Shown piece after piece: positions 10,423-19,145 of a stretch of 43,430 bases of DNA. The stretch is from a virus. Lineage: Duplodnaviria; Caudoviricetes. Where the stretch lies: positions 1 to 43,430 of the IMG/VR virus record IMGVR_UViG_3300020367_000006. One strand, given 5' to 3'. The notes beneath the pieces are model-generated. The model was not told where the DNA came from. It did no database searches and saw nothing but the letters and a program-made list of their open reading frames with translations. Within the stretch, counting starts at the first letter, position 1. The number at the start of each line of letters is the position of its first letter. The position numbers and the translations under genes are program-made.

Positions 10423-10780
10423 TTACGGCATCGGGGCTTTCCTCCTCGCCCACTCCCTGCATTTTAGTCATTATGTCTAACAGAACTGACATTGGAATTT
10501 CTCTTCTAAGTGCTGGTAAATCTGCTGCTGAAAATATTTTTGTACCTGATTCATCTTCGGCTTTTGTGACAATAACTTGAAGAGCAAAGTCTAAATTACC
10601 TTCCTCTTTACCCTTGTTCATAGCTATTAGTGTACTGTTTATAGTGTCTCTATCAGCTATTGTAAGAGGCGACCAGAATATTTTTAGAACCAGTTCTTCT
10701 CCTTTAAAAATAGAGTAGCTACTACGTTCTTGGACACTAAAAGCAGCTTTTAGTTTGTCGATTGCTCTTTCTGTTGGCAT
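10415..10780 (-). CDS. Tail assembly chaperone (gpG-like)
   Basis: Upstream of the tape measure gene; PLTIADR, AEDESG.KIF..AD...L pattern. Confidence 0.75.
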   Translation of the reverse strand: MPTERAIDKLKAAFSVQERSSYSIFKGEELVLKIFWSPLTIADRDTINSTLIAMNKGKEEGNLDFALQVIVTKAEDESGTKIFSAADLPALRREIPMSVLLDIMTKMQGVGEEESPDAVKS

Positions 10781-10823
10781 AAAAAATTGTATTTATTCTT
10801 GTAGTATAACTCAAAGTATAAAT

Positions 10824-11342
10824 TTAAGCACTCGTGCCTTTGTGCATTGTATAGTTACGTTTTGGCTTGAACCCTACCATCTTAAATCCATTATTAATGT
10901 CTTTTTCTAAAAAATTATTTTGTAGATAAACGTAATACCAAAAAGGAACATTTGGTTTTGGAGTTGTTTTACGCTTTTGAGCAAATAAATCTTCATACAT
11001 CTGCCCTGGCTCGTAAGGACTCACCATTGCGTTAATTACAAATCCTGCATACTCAGCCTTGTTACCTATGTAAAGCATTTTGACTAAAGAAGTGTATATG
11101 GGCTTGTGTCTTACTGGTGCTTTTCTACTAGTTTTTTGTGGATCTATATTGTTGTCTTTCCTTGGAATAGATGGAATAACTGGAGCACCTTTTATTTGCC
11201 AAGCTGTATTAAATGTTCCAGTAAACCAAGGACTTCTATTTTGCAGGGAATAGTGAATTTCGGATGCTGCTTCTGCTCTGCCTTTTACAATTAGGCCAGC
11301 TAAATCGTTTGGTAGATGCTTTAGATCTTTTACTCTACGCAT
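10824..11342 (-). CDS. Neck / tail completion protein (HK97 gp10-like)
   Basis: SPWFTGTF..AW and YIGN.AEYA motifs; position in the head-tail block. Confidence 0.65.
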   Translation of the reverse strand: MRRVKDLKHLPNDLAGLIVKGRAEAASEIHYSLQNRSPWFTGTFNTAWQIKGAPVIPSIPRKDNNIDPQKTSRKAPVRHKPIYTSLVKMLYIGNKAEYAGFVINAMVSPYEPGQMYEDLFAQKRKTTPKPNVPFWYYVYLQNNFLEKDINNGFKMVGFKPKRNYTMHKGTSA

Positions 11343-11763
11343 TGGCTGTAAAATCGCAGTTTATTACACTCATAAAATGACTCTGATCTTCGGTTACTAC
11401 AGATGACGGTCCACTAATTTCACTTACTCTGGGTGATACAGAAAAAGTATCTGAGTAGTTGGAGGCATTTACAGAAATAAGACCATCAATTACTGACTCT
11501 GCTATTGCAGCACCTACTGCACTTCCCTTGTTAGATGGTGTCATAATCGCACACCTTATTGTTCCTGCATAATAATCAACTGCTGCACCTTGAGATTGAT
11601 TTGTAGATTGAGTGAAGTCTAAATTTACCATTACATATTTTTTCGTTTTACCTGGAGTTGTGAAAGGCATATTGTCAAACACAACTGTAACTGTATTATC
11701 AGCAGTTGTTACTGCGTTTTTGATTGCGGTTTCAAATGCTGCTCGTGCGTTTACTAAAGTCAT
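11335..11763 (-). CDS. Tail terminator protein
   Basis: V.FDNMPFT.P, G.I...I.TP..KG pattern; size and position. Confidence 0.7.
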   Translation of the reverse strand: MTLVNARAAFETAIKNAVTTADNTVTVVFDNMPFTTPGKTKKYVMVNLDFTQSTNQSQGAAVDYYAGTIRCAIMTPSNKGSAVGAAIAESVIDGLISVNASNYSDTFSVSPRVSEISGPSSVVTEDQSHFMSVINCDFTANA

Positions 11764-12146
11764 TAGAAGATAACGTCAACTCTGAATAAATATTCCTGAC
11801 CGCCACGCAAAGTTCTTACATCTGTAATCTTTGCAACTCTGGTCGATCCAGAAAATGTGAGAGTGATCTCATCTGATAATAGCGGTTGACTGTCTCCTAT
11901 AAGATTAGGAGTTATAAAAATTCTAGCTACGTTTTCCTGATAACCTGTTTCTTCTGTGGATTGTATAAATTCTACCGGAACTTTTATTGTGTAACTGGTA
12001 TCGCTGGTAGTTACTGCACCAGTAGATGTGTTGTAAGAAGTTGATAACTTTCTGGTATAAACTATAGTTGTGTCTAGTGAGTCTCCTAGTTGAGACACCA
12101 CCTGTTTGGCTACGTTTTTCAGTAGTGCGTCTAGTTGTCCTGCCAT
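11763..12146 (-). CDS. Head closure (stopper) protein
   Basis: 127 aa beta-rich, YN..TG motif; follows the adaptor. Confidence 0.65.
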   Translation of the reverse strand: MAGQLDALLKNVAKQVVSQLGDSLDTTIVYTRKLSTSYNTSTGAVTTSDTSYTIKVPVEFIQSTEETGYQENVARIFITPNLIGDSQPLLSDEITLTFSGSTRVAKITDVRTLRGGQEYLFRVDVIF

Positions 12147-12676
12147 TATCCTCTAACCGCCCTTAGTTGAAAACTGCCAGCACCGCCTAACATATACGCT
12201 CCAAGATAACTTTGCAGCCACGGGTAGACATCAAGAATATTGTTCACAGATCCAGTGCCTTGACTTGCTTTATTGTACTTAACTTGAATATCTCCTAATT
12301 TTACTTCTTCAAAGTTTCCATCTTTTCCTGTAGTTCCTGTTATTGCGTCAGTGTCATTTGCTAAAGCTCTGGCTAGTTCATATTGTGCGTACTTGATACC
12401 GTTTGGAATTTTAGAACAAGCTAATTCAACACCATCTACCTGATAATTGTTTCTTGGAAATTTTAGTGCTTGTCCATCATCACACCTGTCTCCGTAAAAT
12501 ACTAAGGTGTCGATCCATCTGGCAGCAGATATTAAGGCTCTTTTCTTTTGGTCATCTGTTTTATTTGTCCAAGTTGAAGAATCTGGGGAGGTATCAAAAT
12601 AATCATTAGCTTCTGTCAATGTGACATAACTATTGGCATTTTCTCCTTTTATTGTTGCGTCTATAGTAGCTGCCAC
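12146..12676 (-). CDS. Head-tail adaptor (family often labelled DnaT-like)
   Basis: ANSYVTL.EA.DYF, AL..AAR.ID, Q.L.FPR, IP..IK.AQ.ELA. Confidence 0.8.
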   Translation of the reverse strand: MAATIDATIKGENANSYVTLTEANDYFDTSPDSSTWTNKTDDQKKRALISAARWIDTLVFYGDRCDDGQALKFPRNNYQVDGVELACSKIPNGIKYAQYELARALANDTDAITGTTGKDGNFEEVKLGDIQVKYNKASQGTGSVNNILDVYPWLQSYLGAYMLGGAGSFQLRAVRG

Positions 12677-12713
12677 GATTAATAAAGTAATTTAGTTTTA
12701 TTGTAGCGTAAAG

Positions 12714-12744
12714 AAAAAACCCCACCAATAATTGATGAGGTTTT
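12714..12744 (-). terminator. Intrinsic terminator after the capsid gene
   Basis: Imperfect hairpin followed by a U-run on the minus strand. Confidence 0.6.
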
Positions 12745-12766
12745 AGATGACCACACTTTAATGATA

Positions 12767-13858
12767 TTAAGGATTAGTTCCTGTATCAAGTGGTGAGTTA
12801 ACGATTAGTTCAACTATAGGAATTAAATCAGCATCGTATGTGATTCCCCAGTTATTATCGTTAGCTAACTGTGCGTTAGTTGGGTTGTCAGTAGCAGATG
12901 TCCACTTAGTTCCCATAACGTGATAAGCACTGTGGTAGTCAACAGACATAACATCTTGCTTAGATAAGATGTTTCTATCTGATTCAATACCAAGAGGAGA
13001 CTGTTCGCCTTCAAGAATTGTTCCTGACTTAATTAAGTAGCAACGGAATTCTTTTTGATGACCTGTTGTACCAGGCTGAACTGTATTAACTTGAGAGTCA
13101 ATAACAACATTCATTCCAGCAAACTGACCGATTGATGTTTCAGTAACACCAACACCACCGCCACCCCATTGGATGCCAGTTCCAGTAGATAGTGCAGAAG
13201 TAGAGAAAGTTAACATACCAACCTGATATAGGTAGTAAGCAACAGTTGGGTGAATTACTAGAGTATCTAGCTCTTCGCCTCTTTCTCCAAGAAGGTTTCT
13301 TGCTCTTGCAACTGTAGAAGCTGTTAAGAAGTTTGCTTCAGCAGCACCAGAAGCAGCACCTACACTTAAATCAAGTGCGTTTGCACCTAATGGTCCAAAA
13401 GTAGATCCGAACAAACCATCTAACAAGCTGAATAGTCTTGCAGAGTTTAGTTTGTTGATAGCGTCTGCAATTTGGTTTCTGATATGACCCATTGGATCTT
13501 CACCAGCAGCCAATACAGCTACATCATCAACAGCATACGCAAAACCTCTATGACAGATAGTTGCGATCTGTGTTCCTGTACCAATCTTTTGTGGTGTCAA
13601 ATAACCAGAGTTACTTGTACCCCAAGTTGCTGTACCATCTAAAATTTCTTCAGTTGGAGCGATTGGGTTAAATTCTGGAACTTGGATTCTTGTTCCACCT
13701 TCTGTTGCATCAAGAAGTGCGTTACGCACAACAGCACCAGATTTAATAAATGCACTACGTTCCTTGATTGCTTCGGAAACGTATGTGCTGAGATTATTTC
13801 TCTTAACGATGTCCGCTAGTAGGACACCGCCAGAATAATTCTGAAACGGAGCAGCCAT
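12767..13858 (-). CDS. Major capsid protein
   Basis: 363 aa after the scaffold; SAFIKSGAV, GG..I.VP.F, LAAGEDPM..I..QIA, G.FAGM.V.ID, ESDRNIL, H..G.KW. Confidence 0.9.
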   Translation of the reverse strand: MAAPFQNYSGGVLLADIVKRNNLSTYVSEAIKERSAFIKSGAVVRNALLDATEGGTRIQVPEFNPIAPTEEILDGTATWGTSNSGYLTPQKIGTGTQIATICHRGFAYAVDDVAVLAAGEDPMGHIRNQIADAINKLNSARLFSLLDGLFGSTFGPLGANALDLSVGAASGAAEANFLTASTVARARNLLGERGEELDTLVIHPTVAYYLYQVGMLTFSTSALSTGTGIQWGGGGVGVTETSIGQFAGMNVVIDSQVNTVQPGTTGHQKEFRCYLIKSGTILEGEQSPLGIESDRNILSKQDVMSVDYHSAYHVMGTKWTSATDNPTNAQLANDNNWGITYDADLIPIVELIVNSPLDTGTNP

Positions 13859-13885
13859 TCAGATTACCTTGTTACTTTTGCGATA

Positions 13886-13925
13886 CCCTAGTCACAGACG
13901 AGGGGATTAGTTTCACAGAAACTAA
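13886..13925 (-). promoter_or_regulatory. Twin RNA hairpins with identical UGU loops between scaffold and capsid genes
   Basis: Minus strand TTAGTTTC-TGT-GAAACTAA and CCCTcGTC-TGT-GACtAGGG. Confidence 0.55.
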
Positions 13926-14648
13926 CTATTTTTGAGCCTCTTGCTTGAGCACTGCTGCAAGCTGCGGATCTTGTTCTAATAGTAGCATTTGTTGAGTGAG
14001 GTTGCCCGTTTTCCAGGGATTTACCTGACCTGTTCCAGCGTTTGCAACTGGACTTGGTTTTGCTCCCATTCCTGCTGCACTACTAGGCTTAAAATGGTGT
14101 TCCCAACCACTACCAGGGTTTTTGAGACTTGTGAGATAAGTACCTAAATCTTGTTCTACTCCACCATTAAGAACAACAACCTTTCCTTCTGAATTTTTTT
14201 GTAACTTATTTTGTAACAATGACAGAGTTTGTTCTGCATTTATCGCTCCAAGGTTACTAATAGCTGCAAGGGCTGTTGTTTTGGTAGATGCAACTTCATT
14301 AGAAGTTTTTAGTTCTTGTAATTGTTGGGATAAATTTGTTATCTGCTGATCTTTTTCCTGGGCTGTTTTGTTAGCCTCTTCCCAAAGAGTTTTCCATTGA
14401 CCCTGTTCTTCTAGGTCTTTGGTACGTTTTTCTTCTTTTTGTTTATAGACATCATCTAATTTTCCCTTGATGCCCTTAAATTTTTCTTCTGCTTCAGCAG
14501 CTTCTTTACGAGCAGCAGCTAATTTTGCTTCGTATTCTGCTTTTACGGAACTGAGATCAGGTGCTTGTGGTTGTGAAGGAGTGTCAGCCACGGACTGTTC
14601 AGCAGGAGTCACAGAATCAGGCTGAATTACTTTTTCTTCGATTGCCAT
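13926..14648 (-). CDS. Capsid scaffolding protein
   Basis: Coiled-coil; LEEQGQWK.L.E; C-terminal NPWK..NLTQQM.L...DP..A..LK; precedes the capsid gene. Confidence 0.88.
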   Translation of the reverse strand: MAIEEKVIQPDSVTPAEQSVADTPSQPQAPDLSSVKAEYEAKLAAARKEAAEAEEKFKGIKGKLDDVYKQKEEKRTKDLEEQGQWKTLWEEANKTAQEKDQQITNLSQQLQELKTSNEVASTKTTALAAISNLGAINAEQTLSLLQNKLQKNSEGKVVVLNGGVEQDLGTYLTSLKNPGSGWEHHFKPSSAAGMGAKPSPVANAGTGQVNPWKTGNLTQQMLLLEQDPQLAAVLKQEAQK

Positions 14649-14651
14649 GAA

Positions 14652-14819
14652 TTAATCAGATAATGGGCTGGTAGTTTTCTTTTTAGTAACTTTTTTCTTA
14701 GTTGCTTTTGGTTCGGGAGCAGGACAGGCTTCAACTGGTGCAGTTGAATGTACGAGTTCTACTTCTTCCCATTTATAAGTTCCGTCAGGTTGCAGAACAT
14801 GGTCTAAAGATTTAGCCAT
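14652..14819 (-). CDS. 55 aa protein with Lys-rich tail; not in the ORF track
   Basis: MAKSLDHVLQPDGTYKWEEV...KATKKKVTKKKTTSPLSD*; fills the portal-scaffold gap. Confidence 0.7.
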   Translation of the reverse strand: MAKSLDHVLQPDGTYKWEEVELVHSTAPVEACPAPEPKATKKKVTKKKTTSPLSD

Positions 14820-14852
14820 AATTTTTATGTACTTATATACTATTGTATCAAA

Positions 14853-16295
14853 CTATTCGGATTTGGCCTCATTTGCTGATGGTAATACTTCACCTTGAAC
14901 CAAAATATCTCTAAATTCCTCTCTATCAATGACTTGTTGATCGAATAAAGATGTTAAGGCTGTAATATCTTGACCAATTAATCTTTCAATATCAAAGTCT
15001 CTACTAATTTTTACTTCTGGTGGTTCGATTCCAACATATTCAGCTGAGAGATTGAAGGCTTTTTGTAGCTTTTGTTCAAGTTCCATTGATACCATTGCGA
15101 GCATGGAGTTAGTATCTACACGATCTAACCTACGGGCATCTGCTGATTCTGCAACAAACTTCTGTTGTGATAGTGTACTGATTCCTAATGTTGCCATTTG
15201 CATCTGTAGCTCTTTTATTTCTGCTGATTGAGCTTCAAATGCACTGGAAGCTGGCTCTACATAGTAAATTTTATTACCAGGCTGAGTTGCCATTGCGTAG
15301 TTCACGCTAATCGCAAGGTCTTTAGTTTGATCGTCATATCCTTCCATAACAAGCATTGGTTGGGATGCAACGTGCAAACTATGTATTAAATCAGCCTGTC
15401 TTTGAAAATGTGCAAGATTTAAGTAAGCAATGTCTAATAAAGGTGGTTTACTTACTAAATTATCTGTTTTTCCAGAATAAATAGTAACTAAAGGTATTTC
15501 TCCAAGAGAAAAACTACCAGATTCTACCTGTCTATAATCTTTATCTGCTGAACCTACTTCAAAGTTTCCTGCTGTGCTACCATCAGCAACATCATACATT
15601 TCTTCAATTTGTTCTTTTTTACGAAAAATTCTATATTTTCCTGGTTCTATAACTCTTATCTGGTCAAATACCTTTTCTCCAAACTGACCACTAGGTAATA
15701 CAGCTTTTTCTGCTATTCTTACCTGTACTAGATTTCCATAATTAGATTCTCTATCTAATCTCCAACCATATAAATTTGTAGGATCTACTTCAATCCAATA
15801 AGGTCTGCGATTTTGTTGACGTTCTTCCGCAAGTGTTAATGCACCAGAAGGTGCAGGATAATCAACAAGAATATGACTTTGACCATAAGTAAGAGAACAC
15901 ATTAATATTCTCCTTGCATATTCATCTAAATCTGACTTACAACCATCAACATCCATCTTAAACATTTCTGTCCAGTATGGATCGCCTGTAAGTGTTATTG
16001 GTTTGCGAAGTACTAAGCCTGATGCTGCTCTGATTAATCTTTGTGTAAAAGGACTAAATACTGCTCTATTTACTCTTGCAAGGTAAGCGTCATAATCTTC
16101 TCTTGGTTCTAATGGTAAAAATGCTTCGCTATTTGTTCTTAGATAATCTGTTCCTTCACTTACAGCTTTCATTATTTCCCAACCTTTCATCATGTCCAGG
16201 ACAGCCCTGGTTCGGGTAAAAGGACTATCAATACCACCTACAGAAGTAGATGAAACTATGTTTGTTCTGATTGGACCAGGAACAGCATACGTCAT
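14853..16295 (-). CDS. Portal protein (DUF4055-type)
   Basis: FLP.EPRE..DAY.AR..RA, G.SH.LVDYP, RPYW, KPPLLDIAYLNLAHFQ..AD..H.LH. Confidence 0.9.
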   Translation of the reverse strand: MTYAVPGPIRTNIVSSTSVGGIDSPFTRTRAVLDMMKGWEIMKAVSEGTDYLRTNSEAFLPLEPREDYDAYLARVNRAVFSPFTQRLIRAASGLVLRKPITLTGDPYWTEMFKMDVDGCKSDLDEYARRILMCSLTYGQSHILVDYPAPSGALTLAEERQQNRRPYWIEVDPTNLYGWRLDRESNYGNLVQVRIAEKAVLPSGQFGEKVFDQIRVIEPGKYRIFRKKEQIEEMYDVADGSTAGNFEVGSADKDYRQVESGSFSLGEIPLVTIYSGKTDNLVSKPPLLDIAYLNLAHFQRQADLIHSLHVASQPMLVMEGYDDQTKDLAISVNYAMATQPGNKIYYVEPASSAFEAQSAEIKELQMQMATLGISTLSQQKFVAESADARRLDRVDTNSMLAMVSMELEQKLQKAFNLSAEYVGIEPPEVKISRDFDIERLIGQDITALTSLFDQQVIDREEFRDILVQGEVLPSANEAKSE

Positions 16296-16567
16296 TTACG
16301 ACACCTCCATTTCTTTAAAGCTAACGCTTTTCTAGTAGGTCTGCCCTTACTATCTTTCATTGGACCAGGCATCCCAGACATTCTTGCACAGAAAGATGCT
16401 CGTCTTTTAGCTGCTTTACTGCCAGGCTTTACCTTTCCTGTAACTGGTGCTTTTAGATTACTTCCTGTGGCACGATTGTATTTTGCACGACCTTTAGCAG
16501 TAAGTCCACCTGTTTTAGATTTCTCTCCTCTGCCTACACTTAAATTTACTTGTTTACGTTTAGCCAT
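16292..16567 (-). CDS. Small basic protein (DUF6321-like)
   Basis: GGLTAKGR.KY..ATGS.LKAPV, RRASFCARM.G, R.ALALKKWRC. Confidence 0.75.
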   Translation of the reverse strand: MAKRKQVNLSVGRGEKSKTGGLTAKGRAKYNRATGSNLKAPVTGKVKPGSKAAKRRASFCARMSGMPGPMKDSKGRPTRKALALKKWRCRK

Positions 16568-16716
16568 TACTTACCTACCTTTGCTTGTGCTTTTTTATGG
16601 GCTTGGGTAAAAGTATCTCCTGCTCTCATTCGCCTTTTCATAAACTCCATGTGCTTGGCACTATGATGTTCAGAATGTTTTTCTAATAAATTTTTTTGGC
16701 GAGTGGTAAGTTTCAC
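16567..16716 (-). CDS. 49 aa basic His-rich protein; not in the ORF track
   Basis: GTG start, MKLTTRQKNLLEKHSEHHSAKHMEFMKRRMRAGDTFTQAHKKAQAKVGK*; stop/start overlaps on both sides. Confidence 0.75.
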   Translation of the reverse strand: MKLTTRQKNLLEKHSEHHSAKHMEFMKRRMRAGDTFTQAHKKAQAKVGK

Positions 16717-16835
16717 TTCTTTTTTCTCTTTTTCTTGGAACGTAACTTCTTCAAGTCGGCAGCAGTAATCTTATCCCGTGGGGGAGCAACCGCAGCAAGT
16801 TTGCGTTGCTTTGCTGAATAAGATTTTTTAGGCAT
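16713..16835 (-). CDS. 40 aa Lys-rich protein; not in the ORF track
   Basis: MPKKSYSAKQRKLAAVAPPRDKITAADLKKLRSKKKRKKK*; TAATG overlap with the tail tube stop. Confidence 0.75.
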   Translation of the reverse strand: MPKKSYSAKQRKLAAVAPPRDKITAADLKKLRSKKKRKKK

Positions 16836-17251
16836 TAGACTGCGGAAGTGATAGCACCGTTAGTTACGAAACTAACTGATATTGTGCTTAAATCTCCAAC
16901 AGTTGAGCTATATGAAGTTCCTGTAATAATTCCGTTAAAACTAAGTTTTTTAGTACCTGATGTATCTAAAAATAAGTTAAACGCAGCATCGCCAGAATCT
17001 TCAGTGGTTAATATGTCCGTGATAATTTCAGCAGTGTCATCGCCAGATGTTGCTGTGTATATAAGATCGACAGTACCAGATCCAGAAATTAGGCTTCCGA
17101 TATTTTTTCTTGAAGTATCTCCATGAGCAGTTACCTCAAGAGTGTCTTTAGTTACGTCTAAAGTCCAAGCTGTTGTGGAAGCTACTGCTCCAACTGATCC
17201 AGTTCCGTTATCGAATGATACAGAGCCTTCTTCCCCACGAAAAAATGCCAT
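16835..17251 (-). CDS. Major tail (tube) protein
   Basis: G.EGSV, WTLDVT.DTLEVT.HGD..R..I.SL.SGSGT, G.IT..S.S...D..T.SVSF...G: siphovirus tube pattern. Confidence 0.8.
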   Translation of the reverse strand: MAFFRGEEGSVSFDNGTGSVGAVASTTAWTLDVTKDTLEVTAHGDTSRKNIGSLISGSGTVDLIYTATSGDDTAEIITDILTTEDSGDAAFNLFLDTSGTKKLSFNGIITGTSYSSTVGDLSTISVSFVTNGAITSAV

Positions 17252-17309
17252 GATTTTGAGAAAATATACTATATAGCACTATATTACCGTGAAACTGCAA
17301 CTTTTACAG

Positions 17310-17564
17310 TCATTTTTTCTTCTTTTTTCGTCTATGTTGATAACTTATCTTTTTACTGCCTGTTTTTTCACGCTTAAAACGTGCTTTTTCGGCACTTGAC
17401 ATCTCTGAAGCTGTCTTAGGTGTCTTACTTGAGACACGTTTACTTGGTCTGCAAGCTGGATAGCCTCTTTTTTCGCCTTTTGAACGACCACAGGGTTTAC
17501 CAGTTTTGACATCTACCCATTTTTCCTTGAACCAACGGGTTAGACCGCCACTACTTCTTGCCAC
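17310..17564 (-). CDS. 84 aa basic protein (resembles the C-terminal half of DUF5872); GTG start at 17564 preferred over 17618
   Basis: GGLTRWFKEKWVDV..G..CGR....R.YP.CRP..RVS..TP.T..EM; poly-Lys end. Confidence 0.7.
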   Translation of the reverse strand: MARSSGGLTRWFKEKWVDVKTGKPCGRSKGEKRGYPACRPSKRVSSKTPKTASEMSSAEKARFKREKTGSKKISYQHRRKKKKK

Positions 17565-17718
17565 GTTTTTTTGCCTCGGTGCGATAAGTGCCACCACGCT
17601 TTTTGTACTCTCGTACAAGCCATGCGTTAGCGTAAGCAGAAGGGTAAACTTTGAATTTACGTTTAGCTTCTGACTTTACCCTAGAGTATAACGCTTTATT
17701 TACAGGAACATTCGCCAC
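17551..17718 (-). CDS. 55 aa basic protein (resembles the N-terminal half of DUF5872); not in the ORF track
   Basis: GGAGG then GTG; MANVPVNKALYSRVKSEAKRKFKVYPSAYANAWLVREYKKRGGTYRTEAKKRGKK*. Confidence 0.75.
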   Translation of the reverse strand: MANVPVNKALYSRVKSEAKRKFKVYPSAYANAWLVREYKKRGGTYRTEAKKRGKK

Positions 17719-17773
17719 GTTTTTTACCTCCCTTCTTTTTCTTCTTCTTTTTCTTAGTAGTTGAGTGGTACAT
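17696..17773 (-). CDS. 25 aa poly-Lys peptide with CxC end; not in the ORF track
   Basis: MYHSTTKKKKKKKKGGKKRGECSCK*, starting 17 nt after the terL stop. Confidence 0.55.
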   Translation of the reverse strand: MYHSTTKKKKKKKKGGKKRGECSCK

Positions 17774-17790
17774 AAGTAGAAAAGTAATTC

Positions 17791-19047
17791 TTAGTATATT
17801 CTAAACGAAGTTTGGCCTAATGTCTCTGGTTTGGCAAGGTTAAATTGTTGGAGGCAGAGGTAGCCAAAAGCGTCAAATGCGTGGTCAACTCCAAGATTTT
17901 TGTTAGGCATACCTGTGTTTGGAGCGTAAGTCAGAGTGCGGAGGGATTTTATTAATTCTTTACAGCGTGGGTGGATTAAAGTTCGCCTTTCTCCTGCTGC
18001 GTCATATAGTGCAGTATTTACGGCTGTTACTTTGTCACGGACTTTCCAGGGAGCTCTGGGAGATGACACAGTAAAACCGCTTCTGCGTAGGATAGTGTGG
18101 TCTGTTGAGCCTACTCCTGATGTTTTTCGGGCAGATCCCGTAGGGTCGGGGCAAGCTACTACTCTGCGTTCCACACCATATCGGTTAGTTACTTCTTCGG
18201 CAAAATCCCAGGTTGTTGCTCCGCCCGTCATAATTATTTCGTCAAAGACGTAGAGGGTGTCTCGGTAGCGTACTGCACATATACCGCAAAGTGGATCTAC
18301 GTTAAAATCGACTCCTAATAAGAGTGGAGCGATGGATATGTCCTCCGCTTCGGTAGAAATGTTGGAATCTGAAAATGAGACTGCAACAAGACCAGTGAGA
18401 TTTTCGAAACTTGCCTCGAACTCCTGTTTAAATGTTCTGATATCTAATTGTGCCTTTGCTGCTTCTACTTCCTCTTCTGGAACATTACCCCCGTCTATTG
18501 TTGTGAAGCTCCAGCGTTTCCAATCTCCTGTTTCATCTTCTGGAACGTAACACCATAAATCGTAGAACCATGAAGCTGTGCCATCTGGTGTGGATATGAA
18601 AAGTGCCCACCCCTGTTTATCTGCGAGGGCTGGTCTGATTACCTGGAACCAGACATCGGAATCCATGAAGGCTGCTTCGTCAAGTACTACTCCAGCGAGG
18701 CTTCGACCACGCAGGGTTGTTGCATTTTCTGTGCCTTTTAGTTCGATTAGCGACCCATTGATTAGTTCTATTTTGAGGTCGGTTTCGTTTTTAGAGGCTA
18801 TCCATTGGGGTGGGATTAGTTTTTTGATTTCTTTCCAGGCAATGTCTTTTGCCATGCGGTAAGTAGGGGCACAGTAAAAATATGTTTCGCCTGGGCGGTC
18901 TATTGCTGCTTTTAGTAGTTCTATGCAGGATAAATAGGATTTTCCGAATCTTCTGCCAGCCACGAGGACTCTGAATCTTTGTTTTGCGTTGAACACCTCC
19001 CCCTGTGCCCATCTTAGTGATAGTTTTTCGGCTGTTTTTGTACTCAT
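17791..19047 (-). CDS. terL: Terminase large subunit
   Basis: Walker A AGRRFGKS, LRG, Walker B VVLDEA, ISTP, GVDFN, DH..DA.GY. Confidence 0.96.
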   Translation of the reverse strand: MSTKTAEKLSLRWAQGEVFNAKQRFRVLVAGRRFGKSYLSCIELLKAAIDRPGETYFYCAPTYRMAKDIAWKEIKKLIPPQWIASKNETDLKIELINGSLIELKGTENATTLRGRSLAGVVLDEAAFMDSDVWFQVIRPALADKQGWALFISTPDGTASWFYDLWCYVPEDETGDWKRWSFTTIDGGNVPEEEVEAAKAQLDIRTFKQEFEASFENLTGLVAVSFSDSNISTEAEDISIAPLLLGVDFNVDPLCGICAVRYRDTLYVFDEIIMTGGATTWDFAEEVTNRYGVERRVVACPDPTGSARKTSGVGSTDHTILRRSGFTVSSPRAPWKVRDKVTAVNTALYDAAGERRTLIHPRCKELIKSLRTLTYAPNTGMPNKNLGVDHAFDAFGYLCLQQFNLAKPETLGQTSFRIY

Positions 19048-19145
19048 GTAGTAAAGATTAGCTTAAATATGAACAAATTTCTGTGTTTTACTCGACTAAA
19101 CACTATATTTGGGGTTATCATTCAGTATAAATAGCATTTTAGTCC

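Noticed and set aside
1122-18862. Plus-strand ORFs opposite structural genes (e.g. 1122-1583, 4035-4343, 8577-9176, 16848-17126, 17936-18253)
   Set aside because: Antisense shadows of well-supported genes, with no motifs or RBS
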